This document shows positions 54,944 through 64,000 of a DNA stretch of 64,000 nt, in pieces (within the stretch, counting starts at the first letter, position 1; every line of letters begins with the position of its first letter). Origin of the DNA: a bacterium (GTDB lineage Bacteria > Zhuqueibacterota > Zhuqueibacteria > Oceanimicrobiales > Oceanimicrobiaceae); NCBI GenBank assembly GCA_037446635.1, contig JBBIIG010000001.1, positions 85,638 to 149,637 of the forward strand. Reading direction: 5' to 3'. The translations under genes were made by a program, and so were the position numbers. A model generated the notes under the pieces. The model saw nothing but the letters and a program-made list of their open reading frames with translations, was not told the DNA's origin and ran no database searches.

Positions 54944-55825
54944 TCAGATTACTTTTTCGTTTCGGAAAAGAAGACGGCCCTGCGCCGCAGTTTGAAAATA
55001 GCCGGCTAATTCTGCATCAGAAATTTTCTTTTTGAAAAGCTGCAGCTCGGCAATAAAGCCATCGATGGCATCGACAACGTTGTTTTGATTGGCAGCAAAA
55101 ATATCGCGCCAGATATTGAACGAGCTTTCGGCCAAGCGGGTGCAATCGCGAAACCCAGCGGCCGCCAGACTGAAGTGAGCGGGCTCCGTTTGGTTGAGCC
55201 GATACGCGTAATTCATCAACGCCGTAGCCAAAATCTGCGGCAGGTGACTGATGTTCGCCACCACGCGATCATGCAATCGCGCCGGCATCATCAGCGGCTT
55301 TGCGCCGATGGCTTCAATCAACTGCGTCAAACCGGCCACCAACTCTGCCGGGGCGTCCGAATCTTCGTCGATCACGTACACCGCATTTTTAAACAAATCG
55401 GCATTGGCGTGTTGGAATCCGCTTTTTTCCGAACCGGCCATCGGGTGGCCTCCCAAAAAATAAACGCCCCGGGGGAGGCGTTTTTTTGCGGCAGCAACAA
55501 TCACTTCTTTGACGCTGCCCACATCGGTGATGAGCGCGCCGGTTTGTGCGGAGTCGGCGACAAGCGGAAGCCAGTTCAAAATCTCTCGAATCGGCGCGGC
55601 AAGAATAACTAAGTCCGCGCGCGACAAACAGCGCTTGCTGCCCGCCAGGTCCCCCAGTGCGCAGCCATCGGTGACGACCTCCGTCGCTAGCGCTTTTTGA
55701 ATGACGCCGTCGCAATCAATGGCGCTCACTTTTGCCGCGCCGCCAAATTTTTTAAACGCCGCCGCCAGCGAGCCGCCAATCAGGCCCAATCCAATTATTA
55801 AAATTTCTCTGAACGGCAAAATCAA
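54944..55825 (-). CDS. tyrA: Prephenate/arogenate dehydrogenase
   Basis: GLGLIGGS, DVGSVK, GGHPMAGSE, HD...SHLPQ and GFRD.TRLA motifs. Confidence 0.93.
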   Translation of the reverse strand: MILPFREILIIGLGLIGGSLAAAFKKFGGAAKVSAIDCDGVIQKALATEVVTDGCALGDLAGSKRCLSRADLVILAAPIREILNWLPLVADSAQTGALITDVGSVKEVIVAAAKKRLPRGVYFLGGHPMAGSEKSGFQHANADLFKNAVYVIDEDSDAPAELVAGLTQLIEAIGAKPLMMPARLHDRVVANISHLPQILATALMNYAYRLNQTEPAHFSLAAAGFRDCTRLAESSFNIWRDIFAANQNNVVDAIDGFIAELQLFKKKISDAELAGYFQTAAQGRLLFRNEKVI

Positions 55826-55878
55826 ACTTTCTCAATTTTTGAAATAATAAAAAACCGCTGCGACATGATCAAGCAAAA

Positions 55879-56892
55879 TTACCAGCGCTGGTTGATGGCC
55901 TTCGCGATGATTTTTAGCTCTGCCATCAATTGTCGAAATTGCTCGGGGTAAAGCGACTGTGCGCCGTCGGAAAGCGCTTGCTCTGGCTGGTTGTGCACTT
56001 CGATCAAAAGTCCGTGAGCGCCGGCGGCAATGGCGGCGCGCGCCATCGGCGCCACTTTATCGCGGCGGCCGGTGGCGTGGCTGGGGTCGGCGATAATCGG
56101 CAAGTGGCTGAGCTTCTTAACAATCGGGATGGCCGAAATATCGAGCGTGCTGCGGGTGTAGTTCTCGAAGGTGCGGATACCGCGCTCACAGAGGATGACC
56201 TGGTAATTTCCGCCGGCCATGATGTACTCCGCCGCCATCAACATTTCTTCGATGGTCGCCGCCAGGCCGCGTTTCAGCAGCACCGGCTTGCGGATTTTTC
56301 CTAACTCGCGCAGCAGAGAAAAATTCTGCATGTTGCGCGCGCCCACTTGCAAAATGTCCACGTATTCCACCAGCAGCGGGATGTGCTGGCTTTCCATCAC
56401 TTCGGAGACGCTGACCATGCCATTTTCGCGAGCGGCTTCCCGCAGCCAGCGCAAGCCTTGTTCGCCCAGCCCCTGAAAACTGTAGGGTGAGGTGCGCGGC
56501 TTAAAGGCGCCGCCCCGCAGCACGGCGGCGCCGCTCTGTCGCACCAATTTGGCAATCGCGTGAATTTGTTGCGCGGTTTCAACCGAACACGGTCCGGCCA
56601 TCATCACCAGGCGATCGCCGCCGATCTCCACGCCGCCGATTTTGATCACCGTATCCTCGGGATGAAACGTGCGGCTGCTGAGTTTGTAGGGCTCGGTGAT
56701 CGGCACAACTTTATGTACGCCCGGCAGCACCTCCAGCATTCGCGAATCCAGGCCGCGCTTGTCGCCGATGGCCCCCAGAACCGTTTGATTCACTCCCGTT
56801 GAGCGGTGAACATCGAATTTCATCTCGGTCAATTTTGCAATGACGTTTTGAATCTCGTCTTCCGAAGCGATTTCTTCCATAACCACGACCAT
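55879..56892 (-). CDS. aroF: DAHP synthase type I-beta with N-terminal ACT-like regulatory domain
   Basis: AGPCSVE, KPRTSPYSFQG, GARNMQN, CERGIRTF, DPSH and SDG motifs. Confidence 0.95.
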   Translation of the reverse strand: MVVVMEEIASEDEIQNVIAKLTEMKFDVHRSTGVNQTVLGAIGDKRGLDSRMLEVLPGVHKVVPITEPYKLSSRTFHPEDTVIKIGGVEIGGDRLVMMAGPCSVETAQQIHAIAKLVRQSGAAVLRGGAFKPRTSPYSFQGLGEQGLRWLREAARENGMVSVSEVMESQHIPLLVEYVDILQVGARNMQNFSLLRELGKIRKPVLLKRGLAATIEEMLMAAEYIMAGGNYQVILCERGIRTFENYTRSTLDISAIPIVKKLSHLPIIADPSHATGRRDKVAPMARAAIAAGAHGLLIEVHNQPEQALSDGAQSLYPEQFRQLMAELKIIAKAINQRW

Positions 56893-56896
56893 AGGT

Positions 56897-57193
56897 TCAC
56901 TCCATTTTATTTGGTTTGTTAGTTTGAGAGGCCAAAATATCTTTTTCAAGCTTGCGCGATTCGTCGATGATACGCTCGAAAACCCGGCGCACGCCGTCGT
57001 CGCTCATCGGACCGGAATTTTCGTCCATCAGCCGCTGGATGATTCGGGCCTCGCGATCCGGCGAGTAAATTGGCAAAAGCAGTTCCTTTTTGAGATGCGC
57101 GATTTCGATGGAGTATTTTGCCCGCTCGTTCAAGCAGCGCAAAATTTTCAAATCGATGTCATCGATGCGGGCGCGCCAGTTTTCAATATCCAT
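56897..57193 (-). CDS. Monofunctional chorismate mutase (type II)
   Basis: R.RID.ID..IL..LNERA...IA.LK...REARII pattern. Confidence 0.9.
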   Translation of the reverse strand: MDIENWRARIDDIDLKILRCLNERAKYSIEIAHLKKELLLPIYSPDREARIIQRLMDENSGPMSDDGVRRVFERIIDESRKLEKDILASQTNKPNKME

Positions 57194-57195
57194 GT

Positions 57196-57996
57196 TCAAA
57201 CTCCTGCGATTGCGTTTTTCATTTCGTAAACAAATTGTTTCGCGGCGGTCAGCGCTTCGGCGTCATTTGCAGTGCGGGAAATTAAATCTACCAAAGCGCT
57301 GCCGATGATGACGCCGTGGCAGAGACGGGCAATTTCCCGGGCTTGTTGCGAAGTCGATATCCCAAAGCCCACCAGGTAAGGATGCCGAGCGATTTTGGAA
57401 ACGGTTTGCAGGAAATTCTGCAGGCCGCGATCCAGGCTTTGTCGGGCGCCGGTGACGCCGGTAAGGGAGACACAATAGAGAAAATCCCGCGTCAGATTGT
57501 CCACTGTCAAAATGCGTTCCGCGCTGGAATTGGGCGCAACCAAAAAATTGACGCCGACGCCGCTTTCATCAAAATGCGATTTGAAATTGAGATACTCCTC
57601 CGGGAGTAAATCCGGGATGATGAGTCCGGCCGCTCCGCTGGAGCGCACATCGCGCAAAAACTCCGGCAAACCGTAACTCAAAATTGGATTGAGATAACTC
57701 ATCACAATCAGCGGTGCAGAACATTCCTCCCGCATCGTTGCAACTTGCTGCAAAATTGTTTTCAATGTGATGCCGTTCTCCAATGCGATCATCGATGCTC
57801 GTTGAATGGTCGGGCCGTCGGCGAGGGGGTCGGAAAAGGGCACGCCAATTTCGATCAAGTCCGCGCCGGCCTCGGCGATGGCGAACGCCAATTCAGTTGT
57901 GCTCTGCAGCTTCGGATAGCCCGCAGGTAAAAAGATCGCAAGCAGCTTCTCGCTTTTTTCAATTTTTTGTTGCAAGAATTTTGTAAGACGAGTCAC
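57196..57996 (-). CDS. trpA: Tryptophan synthase alpha
   Basis: [27 protein letters not shown] and IGSA motifs. Confidence 0.97.
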   Translation of the reverse strand: MTRLTKFLQQKIEKSEKLLAIFLPAGYPKLQSTTELAFAIAEAGADLIEIGVPFSDPLADGPTIQRASMIALENGITLKTILQQVATMREECSAPLIVMSYLNPILSYGLPEFLRDVRSSGAAGLIIPDLLPEEYLNFKSHFDESGVGVNFLVAPNSSAERILTVDNLTRDFLYCVSLTGVTGARQSLDRGLQNFLQTVSKIARHPYLVGFGISTSQQAREIARLCHGVIIGSALVDLISRTANDAEALTAAKQFVYEMKNAIAGV

Positions 57997-59198
57997 TCTT
58001 TCAATTCCTCCAGTTGCGACTGCACCAGCGCCACGTCTTTATCGCCGCGACCGGAAAGGCAAATCACAATGCTTTGATCGCGGCGCGTGGCCGGCGCAAG
58101 TTTGACCACTTCCGCCACCGCGTGCGCCGACTCCAACGCCGGAATAATGCCTTCCAACTGAGCCAACTTTTTGAACGCCGCCAGCGCTTCGGCGTCGGTA
58201 GCCGAAGAATAGCGAACACGCTTTGAGTCTTTCAGAAAACTGTGTTCTGGCCCGACGCCCGGGTAATCCAGACCGGCTGAAATGGAATGCGCTTCGTTAA
58301 TTTGGCCAGCATCGTTTTGCAGCAAATAGCTCAGGGCGCCGTGCAAAACTCCCGGACGGCCGGCGCTGAGCGTGGCAGCGTGCCGCAGCGAACCTATTCC
58401 CGAGCCGCCGGCTTCAACGCCGACGAGCTGAACCTCATCTTCCAGAAACGGATGAAACAGGCCGATGGCGTTGCTGCCGCCGCCCACGCAAGCAACGAGG
58501 TAATCGGGCAACTTTTTTTGGTCGGCAAAAAATTGGCAGCGGGTTTCGCGGCCGATGACGGCTTGAAAATCCCGCACCATCATCGGGTAGGGGTGCGGCC
58601 CCACCACGGAGCCAATCAGATAAAAAGTGTCGCACACATTGGTCACCCAATCGCGGATGGCTTCGTTGATGGCGTCTTTGAGCGTGCGGCTCCCGGAAGT
58701 CACAGGAATCACGTCGGCGCCCAACAAGCGCATGCGAAACACGTTAAGCTGCTGGCGGCGGGTGTCTTCTTCACCCATGTAAATCGCGCATTGTAATCCA
58801 AACTTGGCTGCGGCCGTGGCGACCGCCACGCCGTGCTGTCCGGCTCCGGTCTCAGCGATGATTCGATGTTTTCGCATTCGCTTTGCGAGCAAAATTTGGC
58901 CGATAGCGTTGTTGATTTTGTGAGCGCCGGTGTGATTCAAATCTTCCCGTTTTAGAAAAATCTTCGCGCCGCCCAATTCCGCGGTGAGGCGATGGGCAAA
59001 GGTCAGCGGCGTGGGCCGGCCGGCGTAGCGCTTCAGATAAAAATCCAATTCGTGCTGAAATTCAGCGTCAGACCGTGCAAATAAATACGCTTGCTGCAGT
59101 TCCATCAACGCTGGCGCTAAAATTTCCGGGACAAACTTTCCACCGTACGCACCGAAGTAGCCGCGCGCGTCCGGGAGATCATAGGGTTGATTGAACAT
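57993..59198 (-). CDS. trpB: Tryptophan synthase beta
   Basis: [31 protein letters not shown] and LSGRGDKD motifs. Confidence 0.98.
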   Translation of the reverse strand: MFNQPYDLPDARGYFGAYGGKFVPEILAPALMELQQAYLFARSDAEFQHELDFYLKRYAGRPTPLTFAHRLTAELGGAKIFLKREDLNHTGAHKINNAIGQILLAKRMRKHRIIAETGAGQHGVAVATAAAKFGLQCAIYMGEEDTRRQQLNVFRMRLLGADVIPVTSGSRTLKDAINEAIRDWVTNVCDTFYLIGSVVGPHPYPMMVRDFQAVIGRETRCQFFADQKKLPDYLVACVGGGSNAIGLFHPFLEDEVQLVGVEAGGSGIGSLRHAATLSAGRPGVLHGALSYLLQNDAGQINEAHSISAGLDYPGVGPEHSFLKDSKRVRYSSATDAEALAAFKKLAQLEGIIPALESAHAVAEVVKLAPATRRDQSIVICLSGRGDKDVALVQSQLEELKE

Positions 59199-59805
59199 GT
59201 TTCCGAATTTCTCCCAAAAAAGAGCTTAGCTTGTGCGGATCTTTTTTTCCGGGATATGCCTCCACCCCACTGCTAACGTCCACCGCGTACGGTTGCGCCG
59301 TCCGCAGCGCCGCGATGACATTGCCGGCGTGCAAACCGCCGGCAAGAACGATGTTGCCGTAGCGGTTGGCGTCGCGGGCTAGTCGCCAATCGAAACACAC
59401 GCCGGTGCCGCCGTACATGTCGTCAACGTCAGCATCGAGAACAAAGCCCGCGATGTGATAGTCCCGCAACCACTGGAGATTAAAATTTGATTTTACTCGA
59501 AAGGCTTTTAACACCGGCCGCGAAAGGTGATGGCAGTAATCCGCGCTCTCGTCGCCGTGCAATTGAATGAGATCAAGTGGTAAGCGCTGGCAGAGTCGGT
59601 TTAAATCGCCCAGCGGCAGGTTTACAAACACGCCGACTTTGGCGACAAACGGCGGCAGCTTTCTCATAATCGCGTCAGCGCGCTGGGGTTCGACGTAGCG
59701 CGGGCTCGGTTTGTGAAAAACAAATCCCAACGCATCGGCGCCCAACTCGCAGGCCAACAGGGCGTCTTCCAAATTAGTGATGCCGCAAATTTTCACCTTG
59801 ACCAT
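59179..59805 (-). CDS. trpF: Phosphoribosylanthranilate isomerase
   Basis: KICGIT, QLHGDE, GGTG, LAGGL and DVSSGVE motifs. Confidence 0.96.
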   Translation of the reverse strand: MVKVKICGITNLEDALLACELGADALGFVFHKPSPRYVEPQRADAIMRKLPPFVAKVGVFVNLPLGDLNRLCQRLPLDLIQLHGDESADYCHHLSRPVLKAFRVKSNFNLQWLRDYHIAGFVLDADVDDMYGGTGVCFDWRLARDANRYGNIVLAGGLHAGNVIAALRTAQPYAVDVSSGVEAYPGKKDPHKLSSFLGEIRKHVQSTL

Positions 59806-60590
59806 TTGCGCACCCCAACGAATTGTTGCAGAGCCGCGCCGACGTCCGGCGCGCGCACCAGCGCTTCGCCAATCAAAACCGCATCGACTCCCAGTTTTCC
59901 CAGCCGTTCCACGTGCTCGCGATCTTTGACGCCGCTCTCCGACACCACCGTGACGCCGCTGGGAATATGCGCCAATAGTTTTTCAGTCGTCGCCAGATCT
60001 ACCTTGAAATTCATTAGATTTCGGTTGTTGATGCCAATCAGTTTGAACCGGCTGGAAATGGCGCGCTCCAATTCCTCGCGCTCATGAACTTCGACCAGCG
60101 TTTCGAGGAGACACTCCCGCGCCGTGTGCATCAATTCCAGAAAAAGTTGCGGCGGCAACAGATTCAGAATCAACAGCACCGCATCCGCGCCATAAGCTCG
60201 GGCTTCAATGATTTGATAGGGATCGATGATAAAATCTTTTCGCAGCAGCGGCAAGGACGAACGCTGGCGAATTTTAGAGAGATAATTTCGATTGCCGGCA
60301 AAATATTTTTCGTCGGTCACAACCGAGATCGCCTGCGCGCCATTTTTACTGTAGGCCTGCGCAATGGCCACGGGATCGAAGTCGGCGCGCAGGATACCGG
60401 CGGACGGCGAGGCTTTTTTCACTTCAGCAATGACCGCGACCACATTTTTGTGACTCAATTGCGGCGAAAACGGCCGCGGCGGCGGGCTCTGTTTTATCAG
60501 CCCCCAAAGCGTGGAGAGTTGCACCTCGCGCTTGCTTTTGCGCACCTCCAGTTTTTTGTGTTTGATGATGATGTCCAAAATCGTTGGCAT
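59793..60590 (-). CDS. trpC: Indole-3-glycerol phosphate synthase
   Basis: IAEVKKASPSAG, LRKDFI, GINNRNL and SESG motifs. Confidence 0.96.
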   Translation of the reverse strand: MPTILDIIIKHKKLEVRKSKREVQLSTLWGLIKQSPPPRPFSPQLSHKNVVAVIAEVKKASPSAGILRADFDPVAIAQAYSKNGAQAISVVTDEKYFAGNRNYLSKIRQRSSLPLLRKDFIIDPYQIIEARAYGADAVLLILNLLPPQLFLELMHTARECLLETLVEVHEREELERAISSRFKLIGINNRNLMNFKVDLATTEKLLAHIPSGVTVVSESGVKDREHVERLGKLGVDAVLIGEALVRAPDVGAALQQFVGVRKWSR

Positions 60591-60591
60591 G

Positions 60592-61605
60592 TCACAGCTC
60601 GTGGGAAAGTTTTTTTAGCGCTTCGAATTTTTGCGCTGCGGCGCCGGAGTCAATCGCCGCCATCGCCATTTGCGCGCCTTCTTTGAAATCGCTTGCCAGG
60701 CCTGCCACCAAGAACCCGCACGCCGCATTGCAGACGACGATGTCCCGCGCCGCGCCTTTTTCTCCGCGCAAAACCGTTTTGACGATGGCGGCGTTTTCCG
60801 CGGGTGTCCCGCCCGTCACGCCATTGTCGGTACGCGCTCGCAGTCCAAAATCTTGGGGCGAAATGCTGCGTTCGGAAATGACGCCATCTTTCAACTCAAT
60901 CATATTCGTCGGCTGGCAAACGGAGACTTCATCGAGACCGTCCTCGCTGTGGACGATGAGAACATGCTGCGCGCCCAACTCTTTCAACACCTCCGCCACG
61001 AAACGCGCCGCTGCCGCACTATAAACGCCCAACACTTGATGCTGGACGCCCGCCGGATTGGTGAGCGGACCGAGTAGGTTGAAAACCGTGCGCACCCCGA
61101 TTTCCCGGCGCGGCGCAACCGCATGTTTCATGGCTGGGTGCAGCATCGGCGCAAACAGAAACGCGACGCCGATTTCATCGAGACAGCGGCTCACTTGCTG
61201 CGCGTTCAAATCGATCTTCACGCCCAACTCTTCTAGCAAATCGGCGCTGCCGCAGCGACTGGAAACCGAACGGTTGCCGTGCTTCGCCACCACCGCACCG
61301 CCGGCCGCCGCCACCAACGACGCCACGGTTGAAATATTGAAGGTGCCGCGGCCATCGCCGCCGGTGCCGCACATGTCGATGGCGTTAGCATGGTGCGTGG
61401 TTACCGGCGTCGCTTTTTCGCGCATGGCGCGGGCAAAGCCGGCGACTTCGGGGCAGGTCTCCCCTTTCAACTTCTCGGCCACTAAAAACGCGGCGATTTG
61501 CGCCGGTGTGGCCTGCCCGGCCATGATGGTGTTCATCACGTCATAAGCTTGCTGAGTGTTCAAATCCTGGCCGTCGATGAGCAGACGAATGATTTCTTGA
61601 ATCAT
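60592..61605 (-). CDS. trpD: Anthranilate phosphoribosyltransferase
   Basis: CGTGGDG..TFNIST, KHGNRSVSS and NLLGPLTNP motifs. Confidence 0.96.
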   Translation of the reverse strand: MIQEIIRLLIDGQDLNTQQAYDVMNTIMAGQATPAQIAAFLVAEKLKGETCPEVAGFARAMREKATPVTTHHANAIDMCGTGGDGRGTFNISTVASLVAAAGGAVVAKHGNRSVSSRCGSADLLEELGVKIDLNAQQVSRCLDEIGVAFLFAPMLHPAMKHAVAPRREIGVRTVFNLLGPLTNPAGVQHQVLGVYSAAAARFVAEVLKELGAQHVLIVHSEDGLDEVSVCQPTNMIELKDGVISERSISPQDFGLRARTDNGVTGGTPAENAAIVKTVLRGEKGAARDIVVCNAACGFLVAGLASDFKEGAQMAMAAIDSGAAAQKFEALKKLSHEL

Positions 61606-62186
61606 GAGCGGTCTCCGCGAGTTTGACACACTTTCAAAAAATTCGCTAAAATTTTTTTGCCCGCGATTGTTAGGATGGATTCCGGATGAAATTGTACCCC
61701 GTACAGCGGATAGCTTCGATGTTGTAAACCCATGATGAGATGATCGTCGGTTTCAGCGGTTACAACCAACTCAGCCGGCAGAGTCGTTCGTTCCACAATC
61801 AACGAGTGATAACGGGTGGCAATAAACGGATTGGCAATCCCCGCAAACAAGTTTAGACTGTTGTGATAAATGAGCGAGGTTTTGCCGTGCATCAGTTTCG
61901 GGGCGGAAACGATGCGCCCGCCGAAGGCATAACCAATCGCCTGATGCCCCAAACACACGCCAAGGATCGGTTTCAACGGCGCGATCTCTCCAATCAAGTT
62001 TACGCACATGCCCGCCTGCTCCGGACGGCCGGGACCGGGGGAAATCACAATTCCTGAGGCACGGATCTTTTTTAAATCAAGTTCAGGATCATCGTTTCTG
62101 ACGACCTGCACTTCGGCGCCCAACTCGCCCAAATACTGCACGAGATTAAAGGTGAACGAGTCGTAGTTGTCGATAACTAAAATCAC
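61602..62186 (-). CDS. trpG: Anthranilate synthase component II
   Basis: IDNYDSFT, SPGPG, GVCLGHQ, RYHSL and QFHPES motifs; GTG overlaps the trpE stop. Confidence 0.95.
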   Translation of the reverse strand: MILVIDNYDSFTFNLVQYLGELGAEVQVVRNDDPELDLKKIRASGIVISPGPGRPEQAGMCVNLIGEIAPLKPILGVCLGHQAIGYAFGGRIVSAPKLMHGKTSLIYHNSLNLFAGIANPFIATRYHSLIVERTTLPAELVVTAETDDHLIMGLQHRSYPLYGVQFHPESILTIAGKKILANFLKVCQTRGDRS

Positions 62187-63658
62187 CTTAATCCTCCTTC
62201 GGCAAAATCGATGGCAGCTTGCAGGGCCGCCGCTTTGTGAATGGTTTCCTGAAATTCTCGTTCCGGAATCGAATCGGCAACGACGCCCGCGCCGGCTTGA
62301 AAGTAAGCCTGCGGCCCCTGCGTCACGATGGTGCGGATGGCGATGCAAGTATCCAAATTTCCACAGAAATCGAGGTAACCAATTGCGCCGGCATAAATCC
62401 CGCGGCCTTCCGGCTCCAGTTCGCTGATGATTTCCATGGCGCGAATTTTAGGCGCGCCGGTAACCGTGCCCGCGGGAAAACAGGACGCCAGCGCCTCGAT
62501 CGCGGAAAGGCCGTTCCGCAATTTCCCACTAACGTTGGACACCAGGTGCATGACATGCGAGTATTTTTCGACAGACTTGAAATTGGTTACGCTCACGGAA
62601 CCGGCCTGCGCGACGCGGCCAACGTCGTTGCGGCCCAAATCCACCAACATTACGTGCTCGGCGATCTCCTTTTCATCGCTCAAAAGATTTTGCGCAAAGC
62701 GGTCGTCCTCATCGGCATCTTGGCCGCGCGGCCGGGTGCCGGCAATCGGCCGGACTTCCACCACGCCGTCTTCCACTCGTATTAGAAGCTCCGGCGACGA
62801 GCCGATGATGCAGGCGTCGTTCATTTTGAGAAAATATAAATAGGGCGAGGGGTTGATGAGCCGCAGGGCGCGGTAAATGTCTAGAGGGTCGGCGTGGATG
62901 GCGCGTTGGAATTTTTGCGAGAGCACCACTTGAAAAATGTCGCCGGCGCGGATGTACTTTTGCGCAGCGACCACCGCGCGGCAGAAATCGGCTTCACTAA
63001 AATTGCAGGAAACAGCGGAGAGAGCGGCCTTCGGTGGTAACGTGCGCGGGGGATTGCGGTCCAGCATTTTTTCAATGTCGGCGATTTTTGTTAATGCGTC
63101 TTCGAACTGGCTGGCGAGGGAACGGGCGCTGTCCAAAAAAACATTGGCGACGATGTAGATCAAGTGGCGGAAGTGATCGAAGATTAAGACGGTATCGAAA
63201 AACATGAACAGCGCGTTGGGCAGGTTCACGCCCTTCGGTTTTTGAGTGGGAATGTTTTCGAGCACACGCGCCGTTTCATAGCTCAAAAAACCGACGGCGC
63301 CGCCGGTGAAGCGCGGCAGCCCGGCGGCGCGCACGCCTCTAAATTTTTGAAACGTTTTTTTCAAATACTGGAAGATGTTTTCGCCGGCGGCCGTTGTTCT
63401 GCCTTCGCGCTCCTCAAAAATTTTATCTCCGCGCATTCGAACCGTCAGGAATGGTTGGCAGCCAAGAAACGAATAGCGTGCGTATTTCTCTCCGCCTTCG
63501 ACGCTCTCCAAAAGAAACGCGGGCGCGCCGGCGGTTTGCAGCCGCATCAAAGCCGAGACCGGAGTCAGCAGATCCGCGAGGCGAGTGGCGTAAACCGGAA
63601 TCACGTTGCCTAATTTTGCCAGCTTTTGAAATTCCGAGAACGGCAGCGATGGAATCAT
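62183..63658 (-). CDS. trpE: Anthranilate synthase component I
   Basis: LLES, GDIFQVVLS, NPSPY, PIAGT, EHVMLVDLGRND and GAPKIRAM motifs. Confidence 0.97.
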   Translation of the reverse strand: MIPSLPFSEFQKLAKLGNVIPVYATRLADLLTPVSALMRLQTAGAPAFLLESVEGGEKYARYSFLGCQPFLTVRMRGDKIFEEREGRTTAAGENIFQYLKKTFQKFRGVRAAGLPRFTGGAVGFLSYETARVLENIPTQKPKGVNLPNALFMFFDTVLIFDHFRHLIYIVANVFLDSARSLASQFEDALTKIADIEKMLDRNPPRTLPPKAALSAVSCNFSEADFCRAVVAAQKYIRAGDIFQVVLSQKFQRAIHADPLDIYRALRLINPSPYLYFLKMNDACIIGSSPELLIRVEDGVVEVRPIAGTRPRGQDADEDDRFAQNLLSDEKEIAEHVMLVDLGRNDVGRVAQAGSVSVTNFKSVEKYSHVMHLVSNVSGKLRNGLSAIEALASCFPAGTVTGAPKIRAMEIISELEPEGRGIYAGAIGYLDFCGNLDTCIAIRTIVTQGPQAYFQAGAGVVADSIPEREFQETIHKAAALQAAIDFAEGGLR

Positions 63659-63670
63659 TTTTTCGGCCTT

Positions 63671-63708
63671 AAAATAAAAAACCCACTATATAGAGTTATA
63701 TAGTGGGT
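63671..63708 (-). terminator. Attenuator terminator upstream of trpE
   Basis: Minus strand ACCCACTATATA-actc-TATATAGTGGGT (12-bp perfect stem) followed by TTTTTATTTT, ending 12 nt before the trpE ATG. Confidence 0.88.
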
Positions 63709-63737
63709 CGGATGAGCGTTACGTTATGGGGTTCGAT

Positions 63738-63830
63738 TTACGGGCTTGATTGGCGCGTAGCCTTCCCACTATTGGCCGGATACCAATACCAGTAATACCA
63801 ATAATTTTTCGTGGAAAGATTCAGCGTCAT
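63738..63830 (-). CDS. Trp/Tyr-rich leader peptide (30 aa)
   Basis: MTLNLSTKNYWYYWYWYPANSGKATRQSSP*, located between the promoter and the terminator; too short for the ORF track. Confidence 0.88.
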   Translation of the reverse strand: MTLNLSTKNYWYYWYWYPANSGKATRQSSP

Positions 63831-63854
63831 TTTATACCCAAAAAATTTAAGGCG

Positions 63855-63883
63855 AATATAACGAAAGCTGAGAATTTTGTCAA
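63855..63883 (-). promoter_or_regulatory. Sigma-70 promoter of the aromatic superoperon
   Basis: Minus strand TTGACA-N17-TATATT, 24 bp upstream of the leader ATG. Confidence 0.8.
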
Positions 63884-63884
63884 G

Positions 63885-64000
63885 CTAATTTTGCTGTGCT
63901 GGCGGTTTTGGTGGCTCGGCCGCCTTTTTATCGAGCGCGTTCAAACTTCCTACTAAAACTTTTTGGACGGTCACCGGCTCCACGACGTGCCACTGCTGGA
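63885..64000 (-). CDS. Probable 3' end of an unidentified upstream gene
   Basis: Open frame from the window edge, QQWHVVEPVTVQKVLVGSLNALDKKAAEPPKPPAQQN*, stopping just before the -35 box. Confidence 0.45.
   Translation of the reverse strand, partial: QQWHVVEPVTVQKVLVGSLNALDKKAAEPPKPPAQQN

Noticed and set aside
63659..63850. T-box or TRAP regulation of trpE
   Set aside because: No T-box AAGGTGGTACC-type motif and no (G/U)AG repeat array was seen; the leader-peptide model explains the region.
63750..63956. 68-aa plus-strand ORF with PIPVIPI periodicity
   Set aside because: It is the antisense image of the Tyr/Trp codon run in the leader peptide.

Overview
Gene-dense, mostly minus-strand chromosomal window from a diderm bacterium; the gene styles suggest an FCB-related lineage such as KSB1/Calditrichota, which is inference only. 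Contents from left to right: (1) a housekeeping block (rpe partial, PASTA protein, rsmB, fmt, def, yajC, tgt, radA); (2) a candidate sigma-54 sRNA; (3) purL-hutH-hisS; (4) a palindromic repeat, an NHL protein and uvrC; (5) an AT-rich DUF6883/DUF4926 islet with a frameshifted second DUF4926; (6) mce and nadC; (7) an ECF sigma/anti-sigma/VIT-VWA operon; (8) a TPR protein, pcrA, mltG and several small enzymes; (9) a partner-switching cluster (three PP2C phosphatases, RsbW-like, RsbV-like) with a radical SAM gene; (10) lon; (11) a 15-gene trp/tyr/shikimate superoperon. The most notable signal is an unannotated 30-aa leader peptide with a mixed Tyr/Trp run (YWYYWYWY), flanked by a sigma-70 promoter and an antiterminator/terminator, which suggests dual Trp+Tyr attenuation. 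Also notable are the sigma-54 sRNA candidate, an AroQ-GAF (fRMsr-like) fusion and a sigma-54-like promoter bracketed by 13-bp inverted repeats. Family names are from motif recognition by eye; no database searches were run.
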